This document shows positions 49,993-62,000 of a stretch of 62,000 nucleotides of DNA, one piece after another (position 1 is the first letter of the stretch; the number at the start of each line of letters is the position of its first letter). Source of the stretch: Octopus vulgaris (lineage: Eukaryota). The stretch covers positions 102,382,001 through 102,444,000 of the forward strand of contig OX597821.1 of the NCBI GenBank assembly GCA_951406725.2, given 5' to 3'. The notes beneath the pieces are model-generated. The model had not been told where the DNA came from. It saw only the letters and a list, made by a program, of their open reading frames with translations, and did no database searches. A program made the translations under genes and the position numbers.

Positions 49993-51642
49993 TACATATA
50001 TATATATGTATGTATATATTTGTGTGTCTGTGTTTGTTCCCTCACCATCACTTAACAACTGATGCTGGTGTGTTTACGTCCCCGTAACTTAGCAATTCGG
50101 CAAAAGAGACCAATAGAATAAGTCTTAGGTTTGGTTTGTTCAACTAAAGACAGTGCTCCAGTGTGGCCACAGTCAAATGACTGAAACAAATGAAAGAATA
50201 TATGTATATATACGCACACACACACCTTGGGATTCACAGAAAGGAAGACAGGGGACTGAGACTCCTGGTGGTTTACTGTGCTTGAAGGGATATGTCAAGC
50301 TGAGTAAAAGCAAGGTTACCCTTGCATACAGGCTGAGCATCCCTAATCTTGTGGGCCTGTAGGTGCTGTTGCCTTGTAAAAAGTACTCATGCTGGTGCTG
50401 CACAAAAGCACCCAGTACTCTTTGTAAAATGGTTGGCATTAGGAAAGGCATCTAGCTGGAGAAACCATGCCAAAACAGACAGACAGGGAGCCTGAACAGC
50501 CCTTCAGCTGGTTAGTTCCAGTGAAACTGTCCAACCCTTGCCAATATGGAAAGTGAACTTTAAATGATGATATTAAAAGCTTTACTCCAGCATGGTTTTG
50601 ATGACCTAACAAAAGATTATAATTTATACCTAGTTAGGTGTTAATCAACCTCATTATGTGTTACACATGAGCATGAAACTTTGACTATGTACGATAAATC
50701 GAATGATAAATTTACGCCTTTCTTTTCTTAGTTGCTAACTATTTTAGCAATAAATATGATTTAAAATTTACATGACTACCTGCTGTGTCAACTGCTGCTA
50801 AGTTGTTGAATGTTGGAACTGGCTATGAAGAAAATTAGTGCACTTGCAGCATTTAACAAAGACTTGAGTTTTCATTAAGAATTTTTCTTTTCTTGTCTCC
50901 TATCAATATGTTGATATGAAGCTAGGTTCTTTTTAAAGGCAGCTTTGCTTGGCAACATACTGCTTGTTCGTTGGTGGAGAGGAAATGGGTTTGTCCTGAC
51001 TTTACTTTGTTCGTTGTGACAACCACGATGTGAGATGAATTGCTGTAAAGAAAATTATATTAGAAGCCTGGTTAGATATGTTTTGAGAAATTATGATTTT
51101 GCCATTTTGGTATTAATTTATGAATAGAGAAAGGAAACTTTATTGTTATTTATTTTTAGATTTTAGCAATTTTTTTTTGTGACTTAAATTGCTTCAATTA
51201 ATTCCCATTTGTCATGCTACAAGAAACATATGTTATATTTACTGGGAATGAAACTCAGCTAAGCAGGTCTGTTTAAAAGCTATCATGGCATTTATTGACT
51301 ATACTACAGTGGCTTGACAGCTGTTAAGTTATTTCATATAGCAGCAGTTATAACACGCGCACACATACACACCAGTGTGTGCGTGTTATAACACCATACA
51401 CACCAGTGTGTGTGTGTTTGTAATAATATGTATATATATAAATATGTTTGTATGTATTGCATTTGTACCCTGCCACTGCTTAACAACTGGTGTTGATTTG
51501 TTTACAACCTCATAACTTAGCAGTTTGGCAAAAGAGACCAATAGAATAAGTAGCAGATTTAAAGTAAATACTGGGGTTGGCTTGTTTGACTAAACCCATT
51601 TTTTGTGGTGACCCAGCATGGCCACAATCCCTTAGAAAAACA

Positions 51643-51706
<64 letters not shown>

Positions 51707-51707
<1 letters not shown>

Positions 51708-52136
51708 GTGAAGGAGAGCTGTGTGAAGAAGTGCCACTCCCAAATAGTGGAAGGAATCTGGGGTAGAGGGTGACCCAGGAAGACATGGGATGAGGTGGTG
51801 AAGCACGACCTTTGAACGTTGGGTCTCACAAAGGCAATGATGTAAAAAGCACCATCCGAACGTGGCTGATGCCAGCGCCACCTTGACTGGCTTCCGTGCC
51901 AGTGGCATGTAAAAAGCACCAGCCGATCATGGTCAATGCCAGCTCCTCTGGCCCCTTGTGCTGGTGGCACATAAAAAGCACCCACTACACTCTTGGAGTG
52001 GTTGGCGTTAGGAAGGGCATCCAGGTGTAGAAACATTGCCAGATCAGATTGGGGCCTGGTGCATCCTCCTGGCTTCTCAGACCCCAGTTGAACCGTCCAA
52101 CCCATGCCAGCATGGAAAATGAACGTTAAGTGATGA

Positions 52137-52140
<4 letters not shown>
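51707..52140 (+). mobile_element. 5'-truncated RTE LINE embedded in (TA)n
   Basis: Same ORF end as 20684-20866 plus family C UTR; long TA runs on both sides. Confidence 0.88.
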
Positions 52141-52187
<47 letters not shown>

Positions 52188-52199
52188 TGCACACATACA

Positions 52200-52322
52200 T
52201 GGAGAGCCACCTGCAGCAACTGCAAGAAGGTCCAGACCATCAACAAATGTCTTCAGCAGATCCTTCATCTGAAGTGGTTTGATAAAGTGCCAAACACCGA
52301 CCTGTGGGAAAGGGCCAACCAA
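52200..52322 (+). mobile_element. RTE (BovB/RTE-1-like) LINE ORF fragment
   Basis: WRATCSNCKKVQTINKCLQQILHLKWFDKVPNTDLWERANQ. Confidence 0.8.
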
Positions 52323-52484
52323 GGAAAGAACCCTCAAATGTGACACAAATGCACACACCCATCAATTTTGAATATGTCTGTATATGTGTTATCGAGGGAT
52401 CAGGTGTTAGTGTTTGAACTGATGATCTTACAATCATGATGCTGACACCCTAACCACTAAGCCACGCACCTTCACTAAATAATA

Positions 52485-52727
52485 AATGCGCCCTTTTAAA
52501 GCCTAGCCAGACTCATGGGCCTGGTTTCTATGGCGTATGTGTTCCTCGGCTGCACGGGACGCCAGTCCATCGCAGCGTTACTAATTTTTGCCAGCTGAGG
52601 GAACTGGAGCAACGTGAAATGAAGTGTTTTGCTCAAGAACACAACGTGTCGCTTGGTCCAGGAATCGAAACCACAATCTTATGATCATGGTGCTGACACC
52701 CTAACCACTAAGCCACGTGCCTCCACG
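52485..52727 (-). mobile_element. tRNA-headed SINE family D (CORE/V-like centre); extra head at ~52430-52475
   Basis: Minus strand: tggcttagtggttagggtgtcagc (A box), gtttcgattcc (B box), gtgttcttgagcaaaacac, gcgatggactggcgtccc. Confidence 0.8.
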
Positions 52728-52869
52728 ATGGTATAGTTAGCTTACGTAGAAATCTTTGTTCAATAACATTTACTCTATATTCTCAGCTATTCTCGAAACA
52801 GCTGTAAGAGACTTTACATATTTGCTACAACTTCTCTGCACTGTTTAAATTATAAATTAAATACTTTAA

Positions 52870-53951
52870 CCCTTTCGTTACCAAACCGCCCAAAGCCGCC
52901 CGAAAAAAATTTTGGTTTATGAGACCAAACCGCCCAAAGCCGCCCGAATTTACCTATTCATATTTAAATGAGAATATCAGAGCAAATCTCTTCAGTACAT
53001 TCGTGAAAACACGTATTATACTTCGTAAACAGTTCAACTACAGTTTTGTACAATAATCGAAGTGTAATTTTAATTCCGTGAATTTTGGGAGATTTTTTTC
53101 CGAAATTTGTTCCTATTGTGTTTTCAAAATTTGTAATTCTGACAAAAAATGGATACGAATTTCATTATATCAAGCAGCGAGTCAGAATTCGAAGGATTTT
53201 CTACTGAAGACCTTCATAAATCTAACTCTATGACTGAAAAAAAAAAAGCATGGTATTTGATAATGAATCTGATGTTTCATTTTCCGAAAGTGAAAACTGT
53301 GAATCCGAGAGCTCCGACAGCGATAAAGAAAACGAATTGGCACCTGAATGGAGTGAAAATTTAAAAACTGTTTCTTTTGGTGATTTTTCTGAAGATGGAC
53401 CAAGCCACAGACTTTCCCAGAAGGGTAAAGCCTTAGACTATTTCTATTTACTTTTTCGAATGAGCCTATTTGAAATCATTACGGCAGAAACGAACCGTTA
53501 CGCTAAACGTAAACAAAGCGAAAGAAAGGATAGTTTGTGGTTTCCCACAACCTTAAATGAAATTAAGACTATTTTGCCATAAATATTATTATGGGTATCA
53601 GAAAGTTACCCAGAATAATAAATTCTATCGTAAAATTTTGTTGTATACCCAATTGAATATTAGCTAATAACCCATTTTCTATAGCAATGTTTGAACAAAA
53701 TTTTAATAATTTTATATTTTGTGGAATTTACCTGTATCTACCTGCAATTAGAGTCACTTTGTGACAAAAATTATAGTATAGAATTGGTTGAGAATATTTC
53801 ATTAAATTATCTTCCAAAAATCAGATTAATATATCGATAAATAAAAAAGTTATAGTTGTTTAATGAAACCAGACTAAATTTATGATTATGTTAGAAATTA
53901 ATTGAAACACATAAGGGGTGTAATTTGGTCAGAAATATAGTAACGAAAGGG
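52870..53951 (+). mobile_element. Internally deleted piggyBac element, copy 1
   Basis: TTAA flanks, 12-bp TIR CCCTTTCGTTAC, subterminal direct repeats ccaaaccgcccaaagccgcccgaa, frameshifted transposase N-terminus (DYFYLLF...IITAETNRYA...WFPTTLNEIK/YFAINIIMGIRKLP). Confidence 0.93.
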
Positions 53952-54785
53952 TTAAAGTGATACCACATTTTGCTTACTCATTCTCTGTTTCTAACACACA
54001 CACTCACACATGCAGGTATGTTAAATATACTTTGCTGTTAAGGATCATTTTACCAATTATGTATTATATGCAACCTTTTTCCTTTTGTAATAATGTAGGG
54101 TTTAACGACATGTTATTGTATGTGTGTTTTTTGTTTATTTATACATAATTTCTCGTGTGTATGTAAATTTAAAATGTATTTTGAGATTACAGGTTTATTA
54201 GACTTGATATCCTGGTTTTCTGTGACATTTAAGACAACTCAGCCCCTGAGCATGTCACCAATCTGGTGCAGAGTCTCCACAATTGTTGCTGGTACTTATT
54301 GTCAGCTGAGTGGAATGAAGGAATGTGAAACTTCCCTATTATTACATATTATATAAATATATAAAAGATATGTAATATACCATATTTATTCATTGTATAT
54401 GTAATACTATTTCATACTGGATTGGGGTGTGACTTATAATCAGGGCAAAGCTATAACTATGAAGCGAAAGAATGTTGTATCAATGTTTAATTCTAAATAA
54501 GCAAGTATGACTTATACAAGAATGAATACAGTATATATAGTTAAAATTGATCATTATTTTGAAGCAAATTATTTTTCTCATTAACATTTTTGGCTTTGTC
54601 AATTAAAGCATCATATACATTTTAATTCATCTTGTAAACAGACTTTTTCTTTGAAGAAGTTCTTTTTATACCTGGTTTCTTTTGCTATATTATATATGTC
54701 TTTTGGAAGAAGTGCCATTGATTTTTAAGTTAAAGAAAATGCAGATTCTATTTTAACAAATATGTTCCATTCTATAGATGTTTAA

Positions 54786-55870
54786 CCCTTTCGTTACCAA
54801 ACCGCCCAAAGCCGCCCGAAAAAAATTTTGGTTTATGAAACCAAACCGCCCAAAGCCGCCCGAATTTACCTATTCATATTTAAATGAGAATATCAGAGCA
54901 AATCTCTTCAGTACATTCGTGAAAACACGTATTATACTTCGTAAACAGTTCAACTACAGTTTTGTACAATAATCGAAGTGTAATTTTAATTCCGTGAATT
55001 TTGGGAGATTTTTTTCCGAAATTTGTTCCTATTGTGTTTTCAAAATTTGTAATTCTGACAAAAAATGGATACGAATTTCATTATATCAAGCAGCGAGTCA
55101 GAATTCGAAGGATTTTCTACTGAAGACCTTCATAAATCTAACTCTATGACTGAAAAAAAAAGCACATGGTATTTGATAATGAATTTGATGTTTCATTTTC
55201 CGAAAGTGAAAACTGTGAATCTGAGATCTCCGATAGCGATAAAGAAAACGAATTGGCACCTGAATGGAGTGAAAATTTAAAAACTGTTTCTTTCGGTGAT
55301 TTCTCTGAAGAAACTGGACCAAGCCACAGACTTTCCCAGAAGAGTAAAGCCTTAGACTATTTCTTTTTACTTTTTCGAATGAGCCTATTTGAAATCATTA
55401 CGGCAGAAACGAACCGTTACGCTAAACGTAAACAAAGCAAAAGAAACGATAGTTTGTGGTTTCCCTCAACCTTAAATGAAATTAAGACTATTTTGCCATA
55501 AATATTATTATGGGTATCAGAAAGTTACCCAGAATAACAAATTCTATCGTAAAATTTTGTTATATACCCAATTGAATATTAGCTAATAACCCATTTTCTA
55601 TAGCGATGTTTGAACAAAATTTTAATAATTTTATATTTTGTGGAATTTACCTGTATCTACCTGCAATTAGAGTCACTTTGTAACAAAAATTATAGTATAG
55701 AATTGGTTGAGAATATTTCATTAAATTATCTTCCAAAAATCAGATTAATATATCGATAAATAAAAAAGTTATAGTTGTTTAATGAAACCAGACTAAATTT
55801 ATGATTACGTTAGAAATTAATTGAAACACATAAGGGGTGTAATTTGGTCAGAAATATAGTAACGAAAGGG
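54786..55870 (+). mobile_element. Internally deleted piggyBac element, copy 2
   Basis: Same TIRs, TTAA and deletion as copy 1, scattered substitutions, different flanks. Confidence 0.93.
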
Positions 55871-56727
55871 TTAATGTGACACTAGATTTTTTTTTACACT
55901 ATTGTTTTTTATATCATATTTCCTTTACCATCATGGGTTTCACAGCATGGTTGCATGTACAAATTCAGGCTGTATGGGTAATCTGGCATAATTAGAGAGA
56001 AGGTTTAGAGGTTTTGAAAGCATGTTCAACCTTCTTATGGTATTTAACTTTAAAAAAAATTTTTTTACTTTTTTTATAAATCAAAGTTTATAAAAATTTG
56101 CAGGTGTGCCAATCACATGGTTCTTGGTTCAGTCCCACTGCAAGGTACCTTTGACAAGTGTCTTCCATAGCCTCATGTTAACCAAAGTCTTGTGTGTAGA
56201 TTTGGTAAATGGAAACTAAAAAGAAGCCCATTGTGTATGTGTGTTTGTCCCCCACCGCCGTTGGACAACTGGTGTTGATGAGTTTACATCTCTGTAACTT
56301 AGCAGTTCAGCAAAAGAAACCAATAGAATAAGTACTGGGCTTTAAAAAAAAAAGTGCTGGGATCAATTCATTCAACTAAAAATTCTTCAAGGTGGTGATC
56401 CAGCATGGCCACAGTCAAGTGACTGAAACAAGTAAAAGATAAATTTGGTGAGGTTTATATACAAGGGAGAGGTGATGGTACTGATGTGTTGAGCAAAACC
56501 TTTTTCCAAATTCAAAGACATTTTGAAGATTTTTTTTTTCTGAGAGAAGCTGCCATTAGCTTCACTTTTATTTGTTGCTTTCAAAATGTTCAATCAAAAT
56601 GGCCAATCACTACACAGTTTCTAACTGAAAGTTTTGGGACCTCTGAAAGAATTTAAACCTCCAGACCCGATCCCCCATGTCTAACTTTTCCCTCCACCTG
56701 GGCTCCTGAGCGAAAAAGTAAAAAAAA

Positions 56728-57108
56728 TTGCATGGCTGTGTGGTAAGTAGCTTGCTTACCAACCACATGGTTCCGGATTCAGTCTCACTGTGTGGCACCT
56801 TGGGCAAGTGTCTTCTACTATAGCCTTGGGTTGACCAAAGCCTTGTGAATGGATTTGGTAGACGGAAACAGAAAGAAGCCTGTTGTATATATGTATGTGT
56901 GTGTGTTTGTGTGTCTGTCCTCACACCATCACTTGACAACCAATGCTGGTGTGTTTACATCTCCATAACTTAGTGGTTCAGCAAAAGAGGCTGATAGAAT
57001 AAGTACTAGGCCTACAAAGAATATGTCTTGGCATCGATTTGTTTGACTAAAGGCGGTACTCCAGCATGGCCGCAGTCAAATGACTGAAACAAATAAAAGA
57101 GTAAAAGA
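56728..57108 (+). mobile_element. SINE family B, full length
   Basis: Family head to the gaaacaaataaaagagtaaaagag tail. Confidence 0.92.
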
Positions 57109-57432
57109 GCGACGATTGCAGGCCAAATAATGGACAGAATCGGCTGCTTCTGCCTTTTCTGCGTGTGTTGTTTATTGCCATTGTACAAAGAATTTGGTTG
57201 AGGTGACGTTTAACACATTCCTGCTACAGTGGAAATATGGTATGGCAGGGATAAAACCATAAGAAGTTAGGTGCAGGCATGGTTGTGTGTTAAAAGGCTT
57301 ACTTAGCAGCCATGTGGTTTTTGGTTCAGCCCCACTTCACGGCTCACTTGGTCAAGAGTCTTCAACTATAGTTCTGGGCCAACCTATACTTTGTGAGGGA
57401 ATTCAGTAGATAGAAACTGAGTGGAAGCCTGC

Positions 57433-57482
<50 letters not shown>

Positions 57483-59551
57483 TTTGTGCCTGTTTGTCCA
57501 TGCTCATATTTCACAACCAGTATTAGTTTGTTTACCTCTGTGTGACCCAGTGGTTCAGCAAAAGAGACTGATAGAATAAGTACTAGGATTGATCTGTTTG
57601 ACTAAAACTCTTCAAAGTGGTGCTCCAGCATGGCCACAGTCCAATGGCTGAAACAAGTGAAAGATAAAAGATAAGGAAGAGAGAAGGGAAATTATGGAAA
57701 TGAAGAAGAAAGCTTTAAGGGGAGGCAGTTCTGTTGAAGAAGAATTTGGCAGAGTGATTAATTAGTATGTCAGCAGTGTGGAATTAGAAAGAGAGAGAGA
57801 GAGAGAGAGGGATGTAAGTAATGTAGAATTGGCAAGTTTAAGCTTTGAGAGAGATAGGTTGAAGTGGGGGGAATACAATGTAGTTCTAATGATTTATATT
57901 CTGCAATCCAGTCAGATCAATGTAATGATAATGAAAGCTTAATTTTTAAAGGGGTAATGTTTTTTGATGGTTAAAAAAAGAGACACATGGACATATTAGG
58001 CACAGCCCTGTTTCACAGTGAATATTCAGAGAAAAATGTTTTTAATGAATTAAAGCTTACGAGAGGCCCAATTTCACATGTAGGATCCTGAAGTATCTTT
58101 TGAGTAATTTAAAAAAAAAAAAAAAATGTGTCTTTTGTATACCATCAAATATGGTATTCATTAAGGTGGTTCGTGGTATGTACTCCTATTTGAGCATGGT
58201 AAAATAGCTCAGTTACTTACATACAATACTGCAATGAATTTTGTTAAGCTCCAAATTGTCCAAGATTGAACAGATGTCTAATTAAAGGTATTCCTGCTAT
58301 GACTATCGTATATTTTCTCTAAGCATAGGTGTGTGCTGGATTATGTTATATAACATGGTCCTTCCTTTTTCAAGATTGTAGAGTGCATGTTGAGGGTGAT
58401 TTGGTTGCTATTTCTAGCAAATAAAGTGACCATGTTGATGCTCCTTTATTCATTTGTAGATCTAAAAGCAGGATATATATACAGGTCATTGCTGACTTAT
58501 GACCACAATTGGTTCCGACTGACTAGTCATAGGTCAGCCTATAGGCCTATACATAGCTTTGTTTATATTTTTACATTTGTAAGGTATATTCTCAGGTAAA
58601 AGTCACACACAGCATTCTGTATTATAGTATTATACTGGCGTTAGTAAAAAATTTTGGAGTCTTGAGCAGTCATCTTATAAACAAATGAGGTTGCCTCAAT
58701 GTCTCCCTGACAGGGTATTCATCCAACAGTTGGGATAACCACAGTGGTGATCAATAACCAAACCTAGGGGAAGTGTTTGTTAGCTGGTATCATCTGCAGA
58801 CGGGTTAATTCCTAAGAAATTAAACCCATTAGAGTTTGACTGGACTATTATTATTGCTACCAGGAGCTGGCATGCCAATCGTCAAGTCGGATAGGTTGTA
58901 AGTCGACGACGACCTGTAGTAGGAAATTGATTCATTGGCTCCTAGCTCAGCACATTGGCAACTGAACTGACTAAATGTTGTTTACTATAAATAATAGAAG
59001 CACATAAAAATACTAACTTTTTATAAACAATATTTCCAGGTATGACAGAGTGTTATGAGGTAAATAATTTAGAATTATAGCAATGGATAGTTGATAGAGG
59101 GCATTTATATAACAAATAAAATGCCAGACATAACCGAAGATTTAGTAGAAAATATACCAAAATTCTGTCTTTAACCTCTGTAGATTAAGGGGTACTTTCA
59201 CCCATCAAGTTGTAGTCCTACTTGACTTCTTAAACTCCTGCTGCACACTGACCAGCCACATATTTTAATATCCAGTCATTCATTTGTCATTTAACATCCA
59301 CTTTTCCATGCTTGCATGGGTCAGATGGAATTTGTTGAGGTAGATTTTCTATGGCTGGATGCCCTTCCTGTCACCAACCCTCACTTGTTTCTGAGCAAGG
59401 TAATATTTTCCTTTTAGATAGATGCTTTTTTCATGGAAGACTGGAAACAAACATCCTTGGATGTACAGTGATGATGATGATGCTCATTTACAGCCATCAT
59501 GTGATGTGTAGATAAGGGCAAATGTGCACACACACACATGCATATCTCATC

Positions 59552-59756
59552 CAGGGCTGTGGAGTTTGAGTCATGGAGTCAAAGTTGGAAACTATTAAGG
59601 GGTAACTGGAGTCAGAGTTGGTAAAACTATGTCGACTCTGACTCCAGACCACAATCACTTAATTATGTAAAGAGGAGTCAGTTGAAGTCGGAGTTGGAGG
59701 TGCCAACAGTAGAGAAGTCGGAGTCAAAGTTTTTTTGTTTTGACTCCACAGCCCTG
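59552..59756. mobile_element. hAT MITE
   Basis: TIRs cagggctgtggagt / actccacagccctg, repeated ggagtc motifs, imperfect 8-bp TSD atctcatc / atatcatt. Confidence 0.85.
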
Positions 59757-59878
59757 ATATCATTGTCATCATCAGCTTTTAATGTCCGTTGTCCATGTGG
59801 GCACAGGTTAGATGGTTTGACCAGGGCTGGCAAACTGAGGGGCTGCACCAGACTCCAGTTTGATTTGGCATAGTTTCT

Positions 59879-60113
59879 TATTTCTTTATTGCCCACAAGG
59901 GGCTAAGCATAGAGGGGACAAACAAGGATAGACAAACGGATTAAGTCGTTTACATCGACCTCAGTGTGTAATTGGTACTTAATTTATCAACTCCGAAAGG
60001 ATGAAAGGCAAAGTCGACCTCGGAATTCGAACTCAGAACATAGCGGCAGACGAAATACCACTAAGCATTTCGCCCGGCGTGCTAACGTTTCTGCCAGCTC
60101 GCCGCCTTTTCCA
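59879..60113 (-). mobile_element. Young SINE family A inserted in a family C copy, 16-bp TSD
   Basis: atttggcatagtttct at 59863-59878 and 60114-60129. Confidence 0.93.
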
Positions 60114-60289
60114 ATTTGGCATAGTTTCTATGGCAGTGTGCTTTATGTATACATTCATTCATTAAAATGAGTTTCTTACAATTTCTGTCTACCAAATCCA
60201 TTCACAAGGTTTTGCGCAAGGGGCCACGTTGAGGGACTGAACCGAAGACCACATGGTTGAGGAAGCTAGCTTTTTAACTACAAAGCCAC

Positions 60290-60335
<46 letters not shown>

Positions 60336-60787
60336 ATCTGTATTGGAAGAGAGCTTTATTCATATTAACAGTTGGTTATTTATCTATACTATTTTCACAA
60401 AGAGAAAATAAATATGAAGGAGGAAGATAAAATATTAAAATTGATTTAGGAAATAAAAAAATAATAGAAAAATATGAAGAAGACAGTTATTTATTAATGT
60501 TACACTTTTATCTAGTTCTGGTTTCTTCTACTTGTATTGATTTATTTTGGTGTAGGCTAAAAGGTTTTCAGTAGTCAATCAATGTTAATGTATAGTTTTG
60601 TTGTTTGCTCCATGTCAAATGGTTGGTAAAGTCAGAGTAGTGATTCTTTGAACATTATGACATAATATTTCATTTATGCATTTGTTTTGTAAGATTCTTG
60701 ATGTGAAATCATGTGTTGAAACCGATGTTGTGTCTTTGGAGGGTCATTTTTGCCAATAAGAAAACACATGCACTGGTTCTAGTTCAC

Positions 60788-60841
<54 letters not shown>

Positions 60842-60842
60842 G
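60788..60842 (+). repeat. (ATT)n microsatellite
   Basis: Direct reading. Confidence 0.95.
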
Positions 60843-60859
60843 AACTAATAATAATAATT

Positions 60860-61317
60860 GGTATAAAAAGTGGGCTACAGCAAATATTCTGCTCAATACC
60901 ACGGATTTGCTTGTCAGTTGCTTGACCTTCACCAATTGAGTGCATCCCTTAGTGGCTGATGATATGTGCACCTCTGATCATGAGCAGGAGTAGTCGGGGG
61001 AATATCATAGCCATGTGTCGAGAGGAATTCTTTGGGGCTTGAATAATTCACATCTGGAAACAAGGGTGTTTCATTCCTCATTCTTAAACTTTATTCAGGG
61101 ACCTATTGAGCTGGATGGGTTGCACAGTCCGAAGAAAATTCTGGACCCCACTTGCAAGATCATGCACTCTTTATCTTCATATGAGATCACTATGTCATGT
61201 AGATATGGTTGTGATGAATGTGCCTGGTGTACCCTTATCAGACAGGTAGTCATGGTGGGTATATTGGGTTTCATACCCCAGTGTCACTTTGATGGCATGA
61301 ATTGCTCTCTCACTCAA
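60860..61317. mobile_element. Interspersed element flanked by (AAT)n on both sides
   Basis: Complex non-coding body bounded by aataataataat at ~60848 and ~61317; recalled as a common octopus repeat, not verified. Confidence 0.55.
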
Positions 61318-61332
61318 TAATAATAATAATAA

Positions 61333-61752
61333 AATTTCTTTTATTGGTTGCAAGGGCCCAATACATGGAGGACATAAAACAGGTGACTGCAACATTAAAG
61401 GATATGACAAAAGATATATAAATAGAAGTTAGAGAAATAAATAAGAAATATATAAAAATAATCCCCAGTAGCAGAGCAATCCACTTTGAGTAATTTGGAG
61501 TAAACCCCATGTAAAAGTCTTGGATTACTCTGCCATTCCCAAGGCATGGGAAGTGCCCTCTTCCAGGTTCTTTCTTCCTTCTTAGAAAATTATATCTTGA
61601 ATAGATCCATTCAGTCTCATCAATGTTGCCACTGTTGACCACCTTTTGATAAACATTCTAGAATGCAGCACCTCCCTCTCTACCCTCCGTTTCCTCTTCA
61701 AATGATATTTGAAGAAATTGATGTGTTTGGCCAGGTAAGAAAGTGCCTGTCT
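61333..61752 (-). mobile_element. Tx1/L1-like LINE 3' end
   Basis: HINFFKYHLKRKRRVEREVLHSRMFIKRWSTVATLMRLNG* then a 3' UTR ending gcccttgcaaccaataaaagaaat. Confidence 0.7.
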
Positions 61753-61760
61753 TCAATAAT

Positions 61761-62000
61761 AACAAGAGCACTCAGAGGGCACAAACCTTCGCCAAGGCAA
61801 CATCAATGTCCTCTCAATGAAAGGATTTTTAAAATGAGAATATCTGAAACAAACTCGACTGCTCTCACAAACGAGAATACTAAAAGTGAACCTGACCGCT
61901 CTCAAAAATTAAGTAAAAAAAACAAGAAAAATTATCCAAAACCCTTGTCCAGTACCGGATCTATCCCAAAATCTAATCAGTTCATGCCAGTCATGAGGTC
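61761..62000 (+). mobile_element. HINE-like element, copy 2 (cut by the window end)
   Basis: Aligns with 47549-47790. Confidence 0.7.

Noticed and set aside
58713-58930. Exon-like or Helitron-end-like unique segment
   Set aside because: All three frames after the acceptor stop quickly, and the hairpin lacks a Helitron terminus; no supportable call.

Overview
AT-rich, repeat-dense eukaryotic genomic DNA. From memory, the SINE/LINE families and the abundant (TA)n/(TG)n/(ATC)n/(AAT)n microsatellites fit an Octopus (coleoid cephalopod) genome; this is inference, as no search was run. Most ORFs in the supplied track are repeat or microsatellite artefacts. Mobile elements: a Penelope-like (GIY-YIG) retroelement at the left edge with dispersed terminal fragments carrying a hammerhead-like motif, a mariner remnant, several RTE-clade LINE 3' ends, a Tx1/L1-like LINE end, three tRNA-headed SINE families (my labels A, B, D; label C is the RTE 3' UTR family), hAT, Tc1 and piggyBac MITEs, Helentron-like (HINE) elements, and two ~1.08-kb internally deleted piggyBac copies 834 bp apart. 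Host genes: a repeat-free, CpG-retaining block at ~37.9-42.4 kb looks like a (probably bidirectional) promoter with a plausible first coding exon on + (39602-39685, MVMTSKKKKRAPSNANWSRKNAVKDNDK). A second CpG-retaining block lies at ~2.5-3.2 kb. Isolated exon-like segments occur on both strands between them but could not be assigned to a named gene. No intact tRNA, rRNA or CRISPR array was seen.
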